Shown: positions 38,037 through 48,178, numbered from the stretch's first letter. The stretch: DNA of 64,000 nucleotides from Armatimonadetes bacterium CG2_30_59_28 (GCA_001872605.1 MNXM01000306.1:6291-70290); one strand, 5' to 3'. The notes: a model not told the origin generated them from the letters alone. Translations and numbers: made by a program.

Positions 38037-39284
38037 CTACCTCTGCAGCAAGTAATCGAGGATGGCGCGCCCTTCCTGAGCAAGGGAAGAGAGACTATAC
38101 TGACTGTACACGAGTTCTGTTAGGTTGATGGCCAAGCGATTCGCTTCGTCGGGCTGGGTGATCAGCATGGTAATGGCGTCTGAAAAAGATTGCGGATCAT
38201 CCGCAAGAAGGATATCTTTTCCGTGCGTTACAGCGAGTCCCTCTGCTCCAAGGGTTGTAGATACCACTGGGACGCCGCTCGCGCCGGCCTCCAATATCTT
38301 GAATCGCGTGCCCGACTCAAATCTCAAAGGCACGAGGGCAATATCTGCATGGCACAGGTAGGGCAGTACCGATTCCACCTGTCCGGCAACTGTTACGCCA
38401 GGCCCCCCCAAATCAGCGAGCGCTTCCTTCGAGCCAGATCCCACAATGCAAAGATGAACTCCCGGCACTCGTTGTCGCACCAAGGGGAGAATCTCTCTAG
38501 TGACCCACCGAGCCGCATCCTCCATGGGACTTCCAGCCCCAAAACTGCCGGCAAGATGCAGGCAGGGCTTAATGAGCATTGGAGGCGCTGGCGGGCGCTG
38601 GCGATAGGATTCCATGTCGATGGCGTTCGAGAAAATGTGGACTTGCCGTGGGTGCCTGGCCAACTTCAGATAGTAGTCAACGTCCACAGGGGACACGGCC
38701 GTGGTCACATCGGCCAGACGTGTCCCTCTTACCTCCTCGAATTCCTTTTGCCTGCCTGCTTTCTCTATCCGTTTGGCTTCTCGTCCCGCCGTCGCGTAAG
38801 GGATTCCCCTTAGGAGAAAGCGTGACCAAACGCTGTCCGTGTCCACGACTACGCGGCGGCAGGAGTTTTGCTTGAGGTAGTCCAGCAGCGGGTAAGAGAT
38901 GTTCCCGTAACCCAACCAGATCACATCGGCCCCCACCGCGTCTGCCGTCTCGAACACATGCCGAAAACTGACCCGCCTCTCCAGATCTACCAGATTTCTC
39001 CCCAGCACCCTCCTGGCAAGGTAGTTCACACCTTTGGGCACGAATAGCTCATGAGATGTACCAGCGAATAACGGATCGAAGTGGAGACATCTGCACAACG
39101 AGGAGAAGAAGGATACCGCTTCTGGGCCCCCGATTGCCTTTACGGATAGTCTGCAGTGAAGGTGCAGGTTACACACCCGTGAAAGGGCCTTGATTGAGTT
39201 CTCGATCCGCAAAGCTGGACCACCAACCGGTGGGTGCTGCAGAACAGGGGTTGTGAACAGTACGGTCGGTGTGCCTATCGGCAT
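38037..39284 (-). CDS. family 4 glycosyltransferase (start at internal Met 39284; the track ORF to 40181 is a spurious Cys/Trp/Arg-rich extension over the upstream gene)
   Basis: C-terminal 'RFKILEAGASGVPVVSTTLGAEGL'; the N-terminal 299 aa of the track ORF are low-complexity and overlap the real CDS 39376..40878. Confidence 0.7.
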   Translation of the reverse strand: MPIGTPTVLFTTPVLQHPPVGGPALRIENSIKALSRVCNLHLHCRLSVKAIGGPEAVSFFSSLCRCLHFDPLFAGTSHELFVPKGVNYLARRVLGRNLVDLERRVSFRHVFETADAVGADVIWLGYGNISYPLLDYLKQNSCRRVVVDTDSVWSRFLLRGIPYATAGREAKRIEKAGRQKEFEEVRGTRLADVTTAVSPVDVDYYLKLARHPRQVHIFSNAIDMESYRQRPPAPPMLIKPCLHLAGSFGAGSPMEDAARWVTREILPLVRQRVPGVHLCIVGSGSKEALADLGGPGVTVAGQVESVLPYLCHADIALVPLRFESGTRFKILEAGASGVPVVSTTLGAEGLAVTHGKDILLADDPQSFSDAITMLITQPDEANRLAINLTELVYSQYSLSSLAQEGRAILDYLLQR

Positions 39285-39375
39285 CGTGCCATGTCCCAAA
39301 TTCAGTCCCACCTCTCTTTGGCCAGTGAGTTTCTGCGCCGAGGCGTTGTCGCCTTGGAATGCAGGGTTGACCGAA

Positions 39376-40878
39376 TCATCTTTCGCATATTGCGATAGAT
39401 CGTGAGGGGGGATAGGATCGTTCAATCCCGACCCGCGAGAAATGGTTTTGCAGTCTCTCAACGAACTGGCCTTGGTCATACCAGTCGAACCGATCCGGAT
39501 TCGCGCTATAGGCTGGAAAATACTCCGGCTCGGCCACAATGAGGGGGTCGTCTTTCGCGATGAATTCCACCAACAAATACCTGTCCGCAAACTTGCCCAG
39601 TGAGGTAAGGATATCATCAAACCCTTTCCCAAGTCCCAGCGCCAAGTGATGAATGATTCCCAAGGCAAGCGCCATCTCACACCGAAGCCGCTCGGTGGCG
39701 GGCCGGAGAAGCGGTGCGTTGTCCTCACGATGTCGGTTTCCTGAATGGTCATCCCACGGCATCGGTGGGAGCTCGGGCGTCGGCCGCATGATGTCCATGA
39801 CGAGAGGCAGTATATCCGCTTCTTCTGTCTTCGCCCTTCGATACAGGATGTCCATACACGCTTCATCGGTGTCGAAGGCCACCACCTTGCACCCCAGCCT
39901 TGCCGCAAGGCGAGAGAACCAACCGGTATTGCTGGCCGCGTCCAGGACCGTGGCTGGCCGAAAATGCTGAATGGCTTCGTAAATAACCCGCTGCTTGTTG
40001 GTCCATTCCCGCACAGGTTCCAGAGGGAAGTCTTCGCTCTTGGCTGTGTAGTAATCGCTGTAGTCGCTGAACTTTTGTGCGACAGCCAGCGACTCCACTT
40101 CTCTTCGCAACAATGACAGGAACTTGTGCTTGCGGGCTCCCGCCTCCGCCAGCGCGAACTTGCGCCGCAGCACCCGCACACCGTAACGAACCCAGCGAGG
40201 CGAGAAAATCGGGAAGACCTCGGACAGACTAATACTGCCGTTCCCCGAATTTAGAGTTGTCTCGAAAACCCTCCTCCTTGCCGCTGCCGGACCCTTGCGG
40301 CGCAGCATGTAGAGAGGAAACAAGAAGTACGGAACACACATACGATGAAACATCGCATAGAAAGCATTATCGTATTCGGTCCACAAGCGGCTAAATAGCC
40401 AACTTGGAGAGCAGTCGCGCAGGTGCTCCTCATGCACAAGCTCGTTTGTTGGGGTAATCGAGGTGAAATCTACGAACACCGGACGAGTTGCGTCGAACAG
40501 GATGTTCCAGGGGTGCCAATCCTTGAGGGTCAAGTCATGCTCTCCAAGTTGATCCAGCAGATCGATATGGAATAGAGCGGCATCCTTCAGCATGGAGGCC
40601 GGCCATTCATGCGGATAGGTGGCGAAAGGGATTCTCTGGTGCTGAAGCACGCGCTCGTAGTTCCTGAACCGAGGTGTGAATTCTGCCGGCCGGGTAGGGA
40701 CAATCCCGTACTGGAACAAATTGTGCCGTTCACACTCATCCAGTATGTCGCCGCATCGATCACCAAAGCCCGGGTAAATGCCGCGATAGATTTTACCCCC
40801 TTGAACAAAGACCTCGCCACAGGGATCGAACCCAAGGTAGCGAACGGTCTCATCGGGATGCCCTCTTCCCGGGCTCAT
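39376..40878 (-). CDS. bifunctional protein: N-terminal protein-kinase-like (APH/PKL fold) domain plus C-terminal class I SAM methyltransferase (WbdD-like candidate chain terminator, reversed domain order)
   Basis: Kinase catalytic-loop-like 'LKDWHPWNILFDATRPVFVDF' (Brenner motif D..H..N plus DF); MTase motif I 'VLDAASNTGWFSRLAARLGCKVVAFD'. Confidence 0.55.
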   Translation of the reverse strand: MSPGRGHPDETVRYLGFDPCGEVFVQGGKIYRGIYPGFGDRCGDILDECERHNLFQYGIVPTRPAEFTPRFRNYERVLQHQRIPFATYPHEWPASMLKDAALFHIDLLDQLGEHDLTLKDWHPWNILFDATRPVFVDFTSITPTNELVHEEHLRDCSPSWLFSRLWTEYDNAFYAMFHRMCVPYFLFPLYMLRRKGPAAARRRVFETTLNSGNGSISLSEVFPIFSPRWVRYGVRVLRRKFALAEAGARKHKFLSLLRREVESLAVAQKFSDYSDYYTAKSEDFPLEPVREWTNKQRVIYEAIQHFRPATVLDAASNTGWFSRLAARLGCKVVAFDTDEACMDILYRRAKTEEADILPLVMDIMRPTPELPPMPWDDHSGNRHREDNAPLLRPATERLRCEMALALGIIHHLALGLGKGFDDILTSLGKFADRYLLVEFIAKDDPLIVAEPEYFPAYSANPDRFDWYDQGQFVERLQNHFSRVGIERSYPPSRSIAICER

Positions 40879-42572
40879 GTGTGTCTCTCAGCAAGTTGCA
40901 CTAATCCCTCATCCATAACAAAATCCTGCCCATCCATGATCCGCTCGCAAAGGAAGTCCACAAATGGGTCCGCTCCCGGTAGCAGCATTTCTCGCTTGTC
41001 ATACCGAAAACTCCACCAAGTGGAATTCGGGTCTCGAACGACGGGAAAGGGAATCTGCCGTTCCACAAAATAGCAGTACGCGTACTTGCGCGCGAGCGCC
41101 CATTGTTCATCCGTCAATATCGGGATACTCGCGGCTTTCCGCAGCAGGGCGCGGTAATCGTCTGGGTTCAGCCCATCATGCGTGAATCCTTTGCCTCCAT
41201 AGTGAGCCTCGCCCGCCAATATCACCGGCTTCCCATGAAGGGCCAGTTCCAGTCCGGATGTCCCATACACCGTAACCCCGCCGTCGACCAGGTGGAAAAA
41301 GTCGAGCGGACTAATCTCCTCCTCCGCACGAATGATTCTCACGTGAGACGGCAAGGCTGGGAAGTGACGGTCGAGAAGACATTGCACCCCACTGTCCGGA
41401 TTATCCCACGCTTCCGCCGGATGGACTTTCACCAGCCACTGGACTTCCGGAATCTCCACAATGGTTCGCACGGTATCCAGCATCCAATCGTCGAATGTCT
41501 CGTACGCCATCGGTGAATAGTCGCTTACGCAGTCCCAGTTGATGTGGGACATGATGCCCCAAACCGGTTTGTCGCTGCCCCCCGAGTATTTTCCGCGCAA
41601 CGCGTCAACGTTCCCCATGTACTCGTGGAAGTGTTTCATGTCGAAGCTGACTTGCTTGTGATACCGATCGCGAAGGAAAGCGTCCAGCCTCTCGTTCTGT
41701 TCGACTGAGAGCGTTCTCGCGCGACACGCCTCCCAGGCCGCGTCGCTCATGTTGTGGAAGTCCAGTCGACTCCCGTCGTCGATGTGTCGGAAGTAAAACC
41801 GCGCAGTCAGATAGGAACCCATCCAGGCCGTCACTGGAATGGAGCGCGTTAGCGCGGTGTGCAACGGCGGTCCCCAATCGACATACGTGCCGTGAGACGT
41901 GAAGACTCTGTCAGGTTTGTGGCGGTCATAGGCAACTTGTGCGGCCGCGGCGCTGACCAGCGCGCTGTAGGCGTACTCCCGAACGACCTCTTCATGACCA
42001 TCGATACTGTGTCCCTGTAAGTAGCGGATGATCGCCGACCGCGCGTTCTTCCCGACCGGCAGGTCCCCGCATTTCACATCATCCAGGTTCCCCCAGCGGA
42101 TCGACTCGGTCGCGTCCCATAGTTGTGCTCTCAGCCGTTCCGGCACATAGTCTCCGTTGGAACTGTAAGGCACGGCCATCGCCTCAAGCACCTCCGTCGT
42201 CGCGGCGCGGCAGGCGGAGCAGGTTGTCTGCCATTCCGCAACGGGAACGCTGTCATCCACTTCTCGAGCCATGCAGGCGCGGTAGGGACCGTCACAGATA
42301 ATTGCGTGAATGTCGATGCCTCTGACCATCAAGACAACCGCGATCGCGCTCTCCAGTTCCAGCATCAGCGGCATTCCACCCGGCACCCAGAAGAGCACTC
42401 GCTGGCCAGTGGGTGCAGCGCGAGAAGTAGCCAGGAGGTCTTCCATCATCCTGTGCTTCTCCACTGTACGGAGGGGCCATCCCTTCTGTAACCGCCGCCC
42501 AACCGGAATCGTCCACAGCAGCGGACTTAACAGACGTCGGAGCGACTTACTGAAGAAGGTCGGTTCACTCAT
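40875..42572 (-). CDS. Capsule_synth (KpsC/KpsS/LpsZ-like; GT99/GT107-type) glycosyltransferase (start at internal Met 42572)
   Basis: 'WLVKVHPAE' (KxHP motif) and 'GTSGLELALHGKPVILAG' match the KpsS/KpsC family; the first 197 aa of the track ORF overlap the amidase gene and look spurious. Confidence 0.55.
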   Translation of the reverse strand: MSEPTFFSKSLRRLLSPLLWTIPVGRRLQKGWPLRTVEKHRMMEDLLATSRAAPTGQRVLFWVPGGMPLMLELESAIAVVLMVRGIDIHAIICDGPYRACMAREVDDSVPVAEWQTTCSACRAATTEVLEAMAVPYSSNGDYVPERLRAQLWDATESIRWGNLDDVKCGDLPVGKNARSAIIRYLQGHSIDGHEEVVREYAYSALVSAAAAQVAYDRHKPDRVFTSHGTYVDWGPPLHTALTRSIPVTAWMGSYLTARFYFRHIDDGSRLDFHNMSDAAWEACRARTLSVEQNERLDAFLRDRYHKQVSFDMKHFHEYMGNVDALRGKYSGGSDKPVWGIMSHINWDCVSDYSPMAYETFDDWMLDTVRTIVEIPEVQWLVKVHPAEAWDNPDSGVQCLLDRHFPALPSHVRIIRAEEEISPLDFFHLVDGGVTVYGTSGLELALHGKPVILAGEAHYGGKGFTHDGLNPDDYRALLRKAASIPILTDEQWALARKYAYCYFVERQIPFPVVRDPNSTWWSFRYDKREMLLPGADPFVDFLCERIMDGQDFVMDEGLVQLAERHT

Positions 42573-42588
42573 CGGGGTAGGAGCTGCA

Positions 42589-43986
42589 TCAAAGGCATGG
42601 CGGTATGGGGTGGGTGCCGATCGGCGCCAAATCGTGACCTTCCAGGAATCGCACAAACTCCAATAGCAGGTAATCATTGAAACGTCTGGAAACCACCTGC
42701 GCGCCGAAGGGCAACCCGTGCGGGCCCGCGAATACCGGAAGACTAATGGCCGGAACCCCGCAGAGCGTCCAGACGAGGCACGCGTCCGGCCGATCGACGG
42801 AATCCAGACCCCGCAGTGGTTCTCCTCCGGTTGACAGACCCAGCACAACGTCGCAATGATCGCAGAGAAGATAATCGAGCTCGCGAGCCAATTGATTCTG
42901 CCGGTCAAGGGCGTTCTTGTACTGATCCAACGAGATTCCATTGCCTCTCTCAATGATCTCATACATGATGCCACTGATAAGGGTTCGCTCTTTGAACTCC
43001 TCCTTGAAGTAGTACGCAAGCGTACGGTCATAGATGATGGAGTGGACTTCGTGTGCTTCGCTGAAGGATGGTGGGAGATCACGATAGTCAACAACAATGT
43101 CGTCGAGTTGACTGAGTTGGTCTGCGTAGCGCAGGAGGGATTTTTGCGCGTATTTCTCAGCACAATCCCACTTCGGCCCCCTGACTACGGCCACTCGCCA
43201 AGGGCGGTCTCCCTTGGTCCGCCGCGCCGGATCACTGAACGCCGCGTTGCTGATCGGATAATCCGGGCCGTGCACCCGGATCGCCTCGAACATCAGGGAG
43301 AGATCATCGACGTTCCGCGCGAAGAAACCCACCGTGTCCAGAGAATCCGTGGTCTTCAGCATCCCGGTGCGGGGAATGAGTCCGAAAGAGGGCTTGAAGC
43401 CATAGATCCCGCAGTAGCTTGCGGGGCGAATCGTCGATCCGGCGGTCTGCGTTCCGAGCGCCAACGGCGTCATGTACGCCGCCACGGCCGCCGCTGAGCC
43501 ACTGGAGGATGTCCCCGGCATATACTCCGGGTTGTGTGGGTTTTTCGTGGGACCGGGCGTGTGAACTGCAAATTCCGCCGTAACCGTTTTCCCAAGAACG
43601 ACTCCACCAGCCATGCGGCAACTATGGACCACTCGGGCATCGTTTCCTGGCTGGAAATCCTTCCAGATCGGACTTCCCATTTGCGTGGGTAAGTCTCTCG
43701 TGTTGAAGATGTCCTTGACACCAATGGGGATGCCGCCTAACACGCCCACGCCCTCGCCGGTCCGCAGCCTTTCGTCCACACTCTCTGCCTGTTGTAGAGC
43801 CAGACTCGAATTGATGTGTGACCAGGCATTGATAGACCCATCCCATTGGTCTATGCGGTCGAGACACGCCCGCACATAGTCACGCGCGCTCAGTTCCCCT
43901 GCTCGAATGCGACCGGAGGCTTCCGTTGCACTGAAGAGTACAGGCTTGTCATTCATTCGTTGTGCCGCTCCACGGGTATCCGTCAA
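42589..43986 (-). CDS. amidase-signature family amidase (GatA-like)
   Basis: Amidase signature 'GGSSSGSAAAVAAYMTPLALGTQTAGS'; Ser-cisSer-Lys triad context. Confidence 0.75.
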   Translation of the reverse strand: MTDTRGAAQRMNDKPVLFSATEASGRIRAGELSARDYVRACLDRIDQWDGSINAWSHINSSLALQQAESVDERLRTGEGVGVLGGIPIGVKDIFNTRDLPTQMGSPIWKDFQPGNDARVVHSCRMAGGVVLGKTVTAEFAVHTPGPTKNPHNPEYMPGTSSSGSAAAVAAYMTPLALGTQTAGSTIRPASYCGIYGFKPSFGLIPRTGMLKTTDSLDTVGFFARNVDDLSLMFEAIRVHGPDYPISNAAFSDPARRTKGDRPWRVAVVRGPKWDCAEKYAQKSLLRYADQLSQLDDIVVDYRDLPPSFSEAHEVHSIIYDRTLAYYFKEEFKERTLISGIMYEIIERGNGISLDQYKNALDRQNQLARELDYLLCDHCDVVLGLSTGGEPLRGLDSVDRPDACLVWTLCGVPAISLPVFAGPHGLPFGAQVVSRRFNDYLLLEFVRFLEGHDLAPIGTHPIPPCL

Positions 43987-43994
43987 GTCGCCTT

Positions 43995-45155
43995 CTACGC
44001 GACCGGTTCGTGAGTTCGGCGGTATCCTTCCACTGCTTCCACGAACTGTTGCTCCGTCAGGGCCGGGATTGCCAATTTCCTGCGATGCTCAGCCATCACG
44101 GCCTCAAATTCGTCTTCGGTTAATCCGGTAATTTCGAGGTAGTAGTCCAGAGCGGGAGGTCGTTCCGAGTCATGCTTCTTTGCCATCTCAAAGGCCTCGT
44201 CGCGCGTCATCAATCCCGCGCGAACGTCGGCACTGGCATGATCGGTGCCGCGACCAAAGCCCCTCTTCAGAAACTTCGTGTAGTCATGCACCCCGGCCAT
44301 ACGACATTCCACGCTTTTGTAGCGTTTGTAGCTTCCCTCAACATGATCCTCCCGCCACCCGTAAACATCCCGGACGAATTCCATCTGGCGCTCGTCGTCC
44401 CAGAAGATGTAATCGCCGAGGTGGATACCGATGACTCCCACTTTCTCCAGCTCCTCGACGGAAGGCAGCTTGAATCCAGCGAGATCTCGCAGGGGTATCT
44501 CATCGCAAGCCATTTGTTCCGGGTAGAGCTTCGCGGATACCTGGGTGAAGTAGTCCCGGTCGAACCGTCGCACGGGGTCGTAGTGGGTGGCGCGTCCGGA
44601 AGCCTCGGCAATGGATTCCCCCCAGACGATCAGCGGGATATGGTATTTTACAGCGATCTGCAGCGGAAACGCCCCAACGCCCTGGTGACAATGCCAGCAC
44701 GCGTCGCCGATGGTGAACAGCGATCGCCGCGCCAGCCTGTTCACCAGACCCCGGCTCGGAGTGAATATGATGTGATCCACATCGAATTTCTCCAGAGCGT
44801 TCTGAAGGTTGTATTTTCCCGCATCGCTGAACCAATTGTGGCTGAAAGTAACCGCCAATGGTTTCATGTGGTAAACTTTGGTGAGAACGTGAAGCTGAAA
44901 GGTGCTGTCCTTTCCGCCGCTAATCGGGACCAGGCAATCATAATCATTCCCCAGGCTCTTGTGATGGTCAAGAATCTCACGGAGCTTCTCCTCACGCGAA
45001 GTCCAGTCGATGTGAATCTTCTGCTCAGACGACTGGCACGCTTGGCAGATGCCCATCTCATCAAACTTGATTCCTTCGTTTGACTCCGGCATGCAGCAGC
45101 GGGTGCAGTAGTGCATATCCCGGAACATCGGTTGGCCGTAATCAGGACTCGACAT
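43995..45155 (-). CDS. N-acetyl sugar amidotransferase (PP-loop ATPase; PseA/WbuX/WbpG-like)
   Basis: PP-loop 'LVPISGGKDSTF'; N-terminal zinc-ribbon CxxC...CxxC; ~386 aa as in the LPS/Pse amidotransferases. Confidence 0.7.
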   Translation of the reverse strand: MSSPDYGQPMFRDMHYCTRCCMPESNEGIKFDEMGICQACQSSEQKIHIDWTSREEKLREILDHHKSLGNDYDCLVPISGGKDSTFQLHVLTKVYHMKPLAVTFSHNWFSDAGKYNLQNALEKFDVDHIIFTPSRGLVNRLARRSLFTIGDACWHCHQGVGAFPLQIAVKYHIPLIVWGESIAEASGRATHYDPVRRFDRDYFTQVSAKLYPEQMACDEIPLRDLAGFKLPSVEELEKVGVIGIHLGDYIFWDDERQMEFVRDVYGWREDHVEGSYKRYKSVECRMAGVHDYTKFLKRGFGRGTDHASADVRAGLMTRDEAFEMAKKHDSERPPALDYYLEITGLTEDEFEAVMAEHRRKLAIPALTEQQFVEAVEGYRRTHEPVA

Positions 45156-45167
45156 CGTGCTTACTCC

Positions 45168-45734
45168 TTACGCCGTTCCTTCGCCTTGCCAGTGAGCTGC
45201 ATATTCGTTTCCAAGTACGCCAAACTCAAGGATGTCCACGTAGCGGCCGTCCTTGAAAGCTGCCTCGCGTCGGCGTCCTTCTTCCCTCATGCCGAGGTAC
45301 AGGGCCAGACGCTGCATGGTCTCATTGTCCTCAAACGTGCCGCAGTGAACCCGATGGAGGTTGAGAGCATTGAACCCGTGGTCCAGCAGAAGTCGTGCAG
45401 CATCCCTACCGTACCCGTTCCCCCACGCAGTCCTGTCTCCAATCAGAATGGCGAACTCGGCCGACCGGTTCACCCAGTTGATCTCCTGAAGAGCGATATT
45501 GCCGACGTGCCGGTCATCCTCCCGTAGCACGATGGCAAGGACGACGCAATCACGAGACTGCGCAACGCGTCGGACATGCTCAACCGCAGCACCCACGCCA
45601 TACGGGAAGGTGTGATGCGAGTTTCCGCGGCATACTTCCTCATCGTTGAACCACGATGGGTACGGCCCATCACAGTCGCTTTCGCAAAGGGGACGCAGGT
45701 AAACTCTCTCGCCGATGAGAAATGGATTGATCAT
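45168..45734 (-). CDS. GNAT family N-acetyltransferase (PseH/RimL-like)
   Basis: 'HVGNIALQEINWVNRSAEFAILIGDRTAWGNGYGRDAARLL' acetyl-CoA binding motif A. Confidence 0.75.
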   Translation of the reverse strand: MINPFLIGERVYLRPLCESDCDGPYPSWFNDEEVCRGNSHHTFPYGVGAAVEHVRRVAQSRDCVVLAIVLREDDRHVGNIALQEINWVNRSAEFAILIGDRTAWGNGYGRDAARLLLDHGFNALNLHRVHCGTFEDNETMQRLALYLGMREEGRRREAAFKDGRYVDILEFGVLGNEYAAHWQGEGTA

Positions 45735-45746
45735 CTGTCGCCTCCT

Positions 45747-47024
45747 TCAATCCTGCAGTTCGTGCGTGTGCTCAAGCACCTTATCGATGCCTGTGACAAC
45801 ATCCTCCAAATCCTTCGCGGCCAGGCTGGCGTGAACCAAATCCGTAAACATCAGTTCCTCGAGATACATCCGCTCCGTGACCGGGCAAATGCCTTTCTCA
45901 TAGTTCACATTGCCCTCATAGTAGGGTGGCGTAAAGGGACAACCGTTCGCGCCATAGCCGGTGCGACTTTGGTACATGGGTTCCAGATAGATGGGTTTCA
46001 TGTAGCCTTTGTACATCGGGATGCCCTCGGCGTTGAGAGCTTCCACAAAGCGGTCACGGTGCACACCCAGCGCCTGCGCGTCGTAACGGATCGCGAATTC
46101 GTAATAGCCGTGCCGCACGCAGTCCCTGACGACGGGTGGCGTGATACCCCGCAGGTGCTTCAGCCTGTCTCTCAGGAAATCAGCAGCTTCGATGCGCGGG
46201 AGCAGCAACCTCTCCAGCTTTTTCAGTTGCTCCGATGCGATGGCTGCCTCCACTTCTGTCATCCGGTAGTTGAACCCAATCAGATTCGAGATGTCGTCAA
46301 CGCCCTTGTTCCCTACCACTACTTCGCCGTGGTTGCGGATGAGTTGCAGCCGTTCGGCGAACCGGTCGTCGTTGGTGACGACCACGCCACCCTCGCCGCA
46401 TTGTATGGTTTTGTGGCAGTTGAGGCTGAAAACGCCGATATGGGCCAGCGTGCCGGCGAACCGGCCATGGTATTGAGCTCCCGGTGCCTGGGCCGCATCC
46501 TCGATCACGACCAGGTTGTGCTCTGCTGCGAGCGCCATGATTCCATCGAAGTCTGCGGGGTGGCCAAACAGGTCCACCGTAATAATCGCTTTGGTACGAG
46601 GCGACAGCACCTGCCGAATGGTCTCCGGTGTGATACAGAAGGTTTCCGGGTCGATGTCCGCGAAGACGGGCACGGCGTTGTACATTAGCGCGCCGGTCGC
46701 GGAGGCGGTCATCGTGTAGGGAGAGACAATAACCTCATCACCCGGACTGACCCCCGCCGCGCCCACCGCGGCATACAGACCGGACGTCGCGGAGTTCACG
46801 CTAACGGCGTGCCTGACGCCGAAGTACTCTTCCCACTCTCGTTCCAGCTTCCGTACCCTCGGCCCGCCATAGAATTGTGGCGACCAAGTGCCGAGGTAGC
46901 CGGAGAGGACACCGGTGTCCAGCACCTCCATGACGGCACGTTTCTCTTCCTCGCCGATGGTGACGTACCGCGGGAACGGATCGGCTCGCACCGGCTTCCC
47001 GCCACAGAGTGCAAGTTTGGCCAT
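45747..47024 (-). CDS. DegT/DnrJ/EryC1/StrS family sugar aminotransferase
   Basis: 'SATSGLYAAVGAAGVSPGDEVIV'; 'FSLNCHKTIQCGEGG' PLP-Lys; 425 aa. Confidence 0.8.
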   Translation of the reverse strand: MAKLALCGGKPVRADPFPRYVTIGEEEKRAVMEVLDTGVLSGYLGTWSPQFYGGPRVRKLEREWEEYFGVRHAVSVNSATSGLYAAVGAAGVSPGDEVIVSPYTMTASATGALMYNAVPVFADIDPETFCITPETIRQVLSPRTKAIITVDLFGHPADFDGIMALAAEHNLVVIEDAAQAPGAQYHGRFAGTLAHIGVFSLNCHKTIQCGEGGVVVTNDDRFAERLQLIRNHGEVVVGNKGVDDISNLIGFNYRMTEVEAAIASEQLKKLERLLLPRIEAADFLRDRLKHLRGITPPVVRDCVRHGYYEFAIRYDAQALGVHRDRFVEALNAEGIPMYKGYMKPIYLEPMYQSRTGYGANGCPFTPPYYEGNVNYEKGICPVTERMYLEELMFTDLVHASLAAKDLEDVVTGIDKVLEHTHELQD

Positions 47025-47026
47025 CG

Positions 47027-48178
47027 TTAGTGCGCCATTCCATCACAGGTTGAGATCGAGAATACCATTTGGCAGATCAAGTCGACGACGCGACTCGTCG
47101 CGAGGCCGTCTGTCTTGAGGTTCTCGAGGTTCTTCCGCATGGCCGCGCGCGTCTGCTCATTCAGCAGCAGGTTTTCTGTCACGGCCTCAATTTCCTCGGC
47201 AGCATACACCGGACGACTGTAGTCGGAACGGTTGGTGGGCAGCATGTCCGGGCGACGCAAACCAGGCTGCAGACTCAGCGTGACGCAACCAAGATAGCAT
47301 GTCTCGACCAGCAATTCGGTGTTCATGCCGACCACGAGGTCGGCCGCGAGGGCGACGGCGCGCGCTTCACCGTTCGTGGAGACCACAACCGCCACGCGCT
47401 CCCCCTTCATCTCCGTGTATTTGCCCGCGGGTTCGCGAGGGTGAGGTCTGACCGCCAAAACGACTCTGCGCCCGTCCCTCGTTGCGATGCTGTCGAGCGC
47501 ATCCACGAGCATTCTGACCACGCTCTCTTCCGTATACCCCAGGTAGTTGGGATGAGCGGGATCGTCTCCATATAGTTCGGCCAGAGGCTGTGACGCAAAG
47601 AGCACCAGAAGGTCCTCCGGTCCTGCGCCAAGCTGTCGGCGTATGGCCGTTCCAGTCATTTCAGAAAAATTCCTGCGCCACCAGACTAAGTCATCAAACG
47701 CTGGCTGCCCCGTAATCTCCAGCAGGGAGGGAGGAAAGCCTTCCGCAATCATCTCCTCCCGCGCCACTTCGTCCATCACCGCGATTCGGTTAGGCAGATA
47801 GGAGAGGTTACCCTCAGCATCGCTGAATCGTCGGGTGTAGTTCGACCAGAAATCCAGGAGGGCCAGTGAGGCTGTACCCAGTTCGCGCGCCGCGGCGATG
47901 AAGCGCTTCTCCAACTCGACGTCGTTGCATGAGGTGCCCGTGAGTAGAAACGATGCAGTCGCGTTCTCGAGTAACTCTTGCGCGTCCTCGACGGACGTGG
48001 TGTCTAACAACCGCTCATGGGCCCAGCCACGTTTTTCCCAAATGGAGCACGCTTCACGGTAGCCGAACAGTTGCAGCCGCACGACTCCGTGCCACCGGAG
48101 CGCCTGCAACACGGGCAGAACAGCGTTCGCCCCACCGGGATCTCCGCAGACGACAGCGACCGTTGGTGGGTCAGACAT
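47027..48178 (-). CDS. GT-B fold MurG/PseG-like protein (possible UDP-sugar hydrolase of the nonulosonic-acid pathway)
   Basis: N-terminal 'VAVVCGDPGGANAVLPVLQAL' resembles the G-rich loop of GT28/PseG; position between aminotransferase and deacetylase. Confidence 0.35.
   Translation of the reverse strand: MSDPPTVAVVCGDPGGANAVLPVLQALRWHGVVRLQLFGYREACSIWEKRGWAHERLLDTTSVEDAQELLENATASFLLTGTSCNDVELEKRFIAAARELGTASLALLDFWSNYTRRFSDAEGNLSYLPNRIAVMDEVAREEMIAEGFPPSLLEITGQPAFDDLVWWRRNFSEMTGTAIRRQLGAGPEDLLVLFASQPLAELYGDDPAHPNYLGYTEESVVRMLVDALDSIATRDGRRVVLAVRPHPREPAGKYTEMKGERVAVVVSTNGEARAVALAADLVVGMNTELLVETCYLGCVTLSLQPGLRRPDMLPTNRSDYSRPVYAAEEIEAVTENLLLNEQTRAAMRKNLENLKTDGLATSRVVDLICQMVFSISTCDGMAH

Noticed and set aside
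39285-40181. N-terminal 299 aa of track ORF 38037..40181 (GT4)
   Set aside because: Cys/Trp/Arg-rich low-complexity translation lying entirely antisense-frame over the convincing kinase/MTase CDS 39376..40878. Internal Met at 39284 gives a normal-length GT4.
42573-43163. N-terminal 197 aa of track ORF 40875..43163
   Set aside because: Overlaps the amidase gene (42589..43986) in another frame and is low-complexity. Capsule_synth homology starts after Met 42572.
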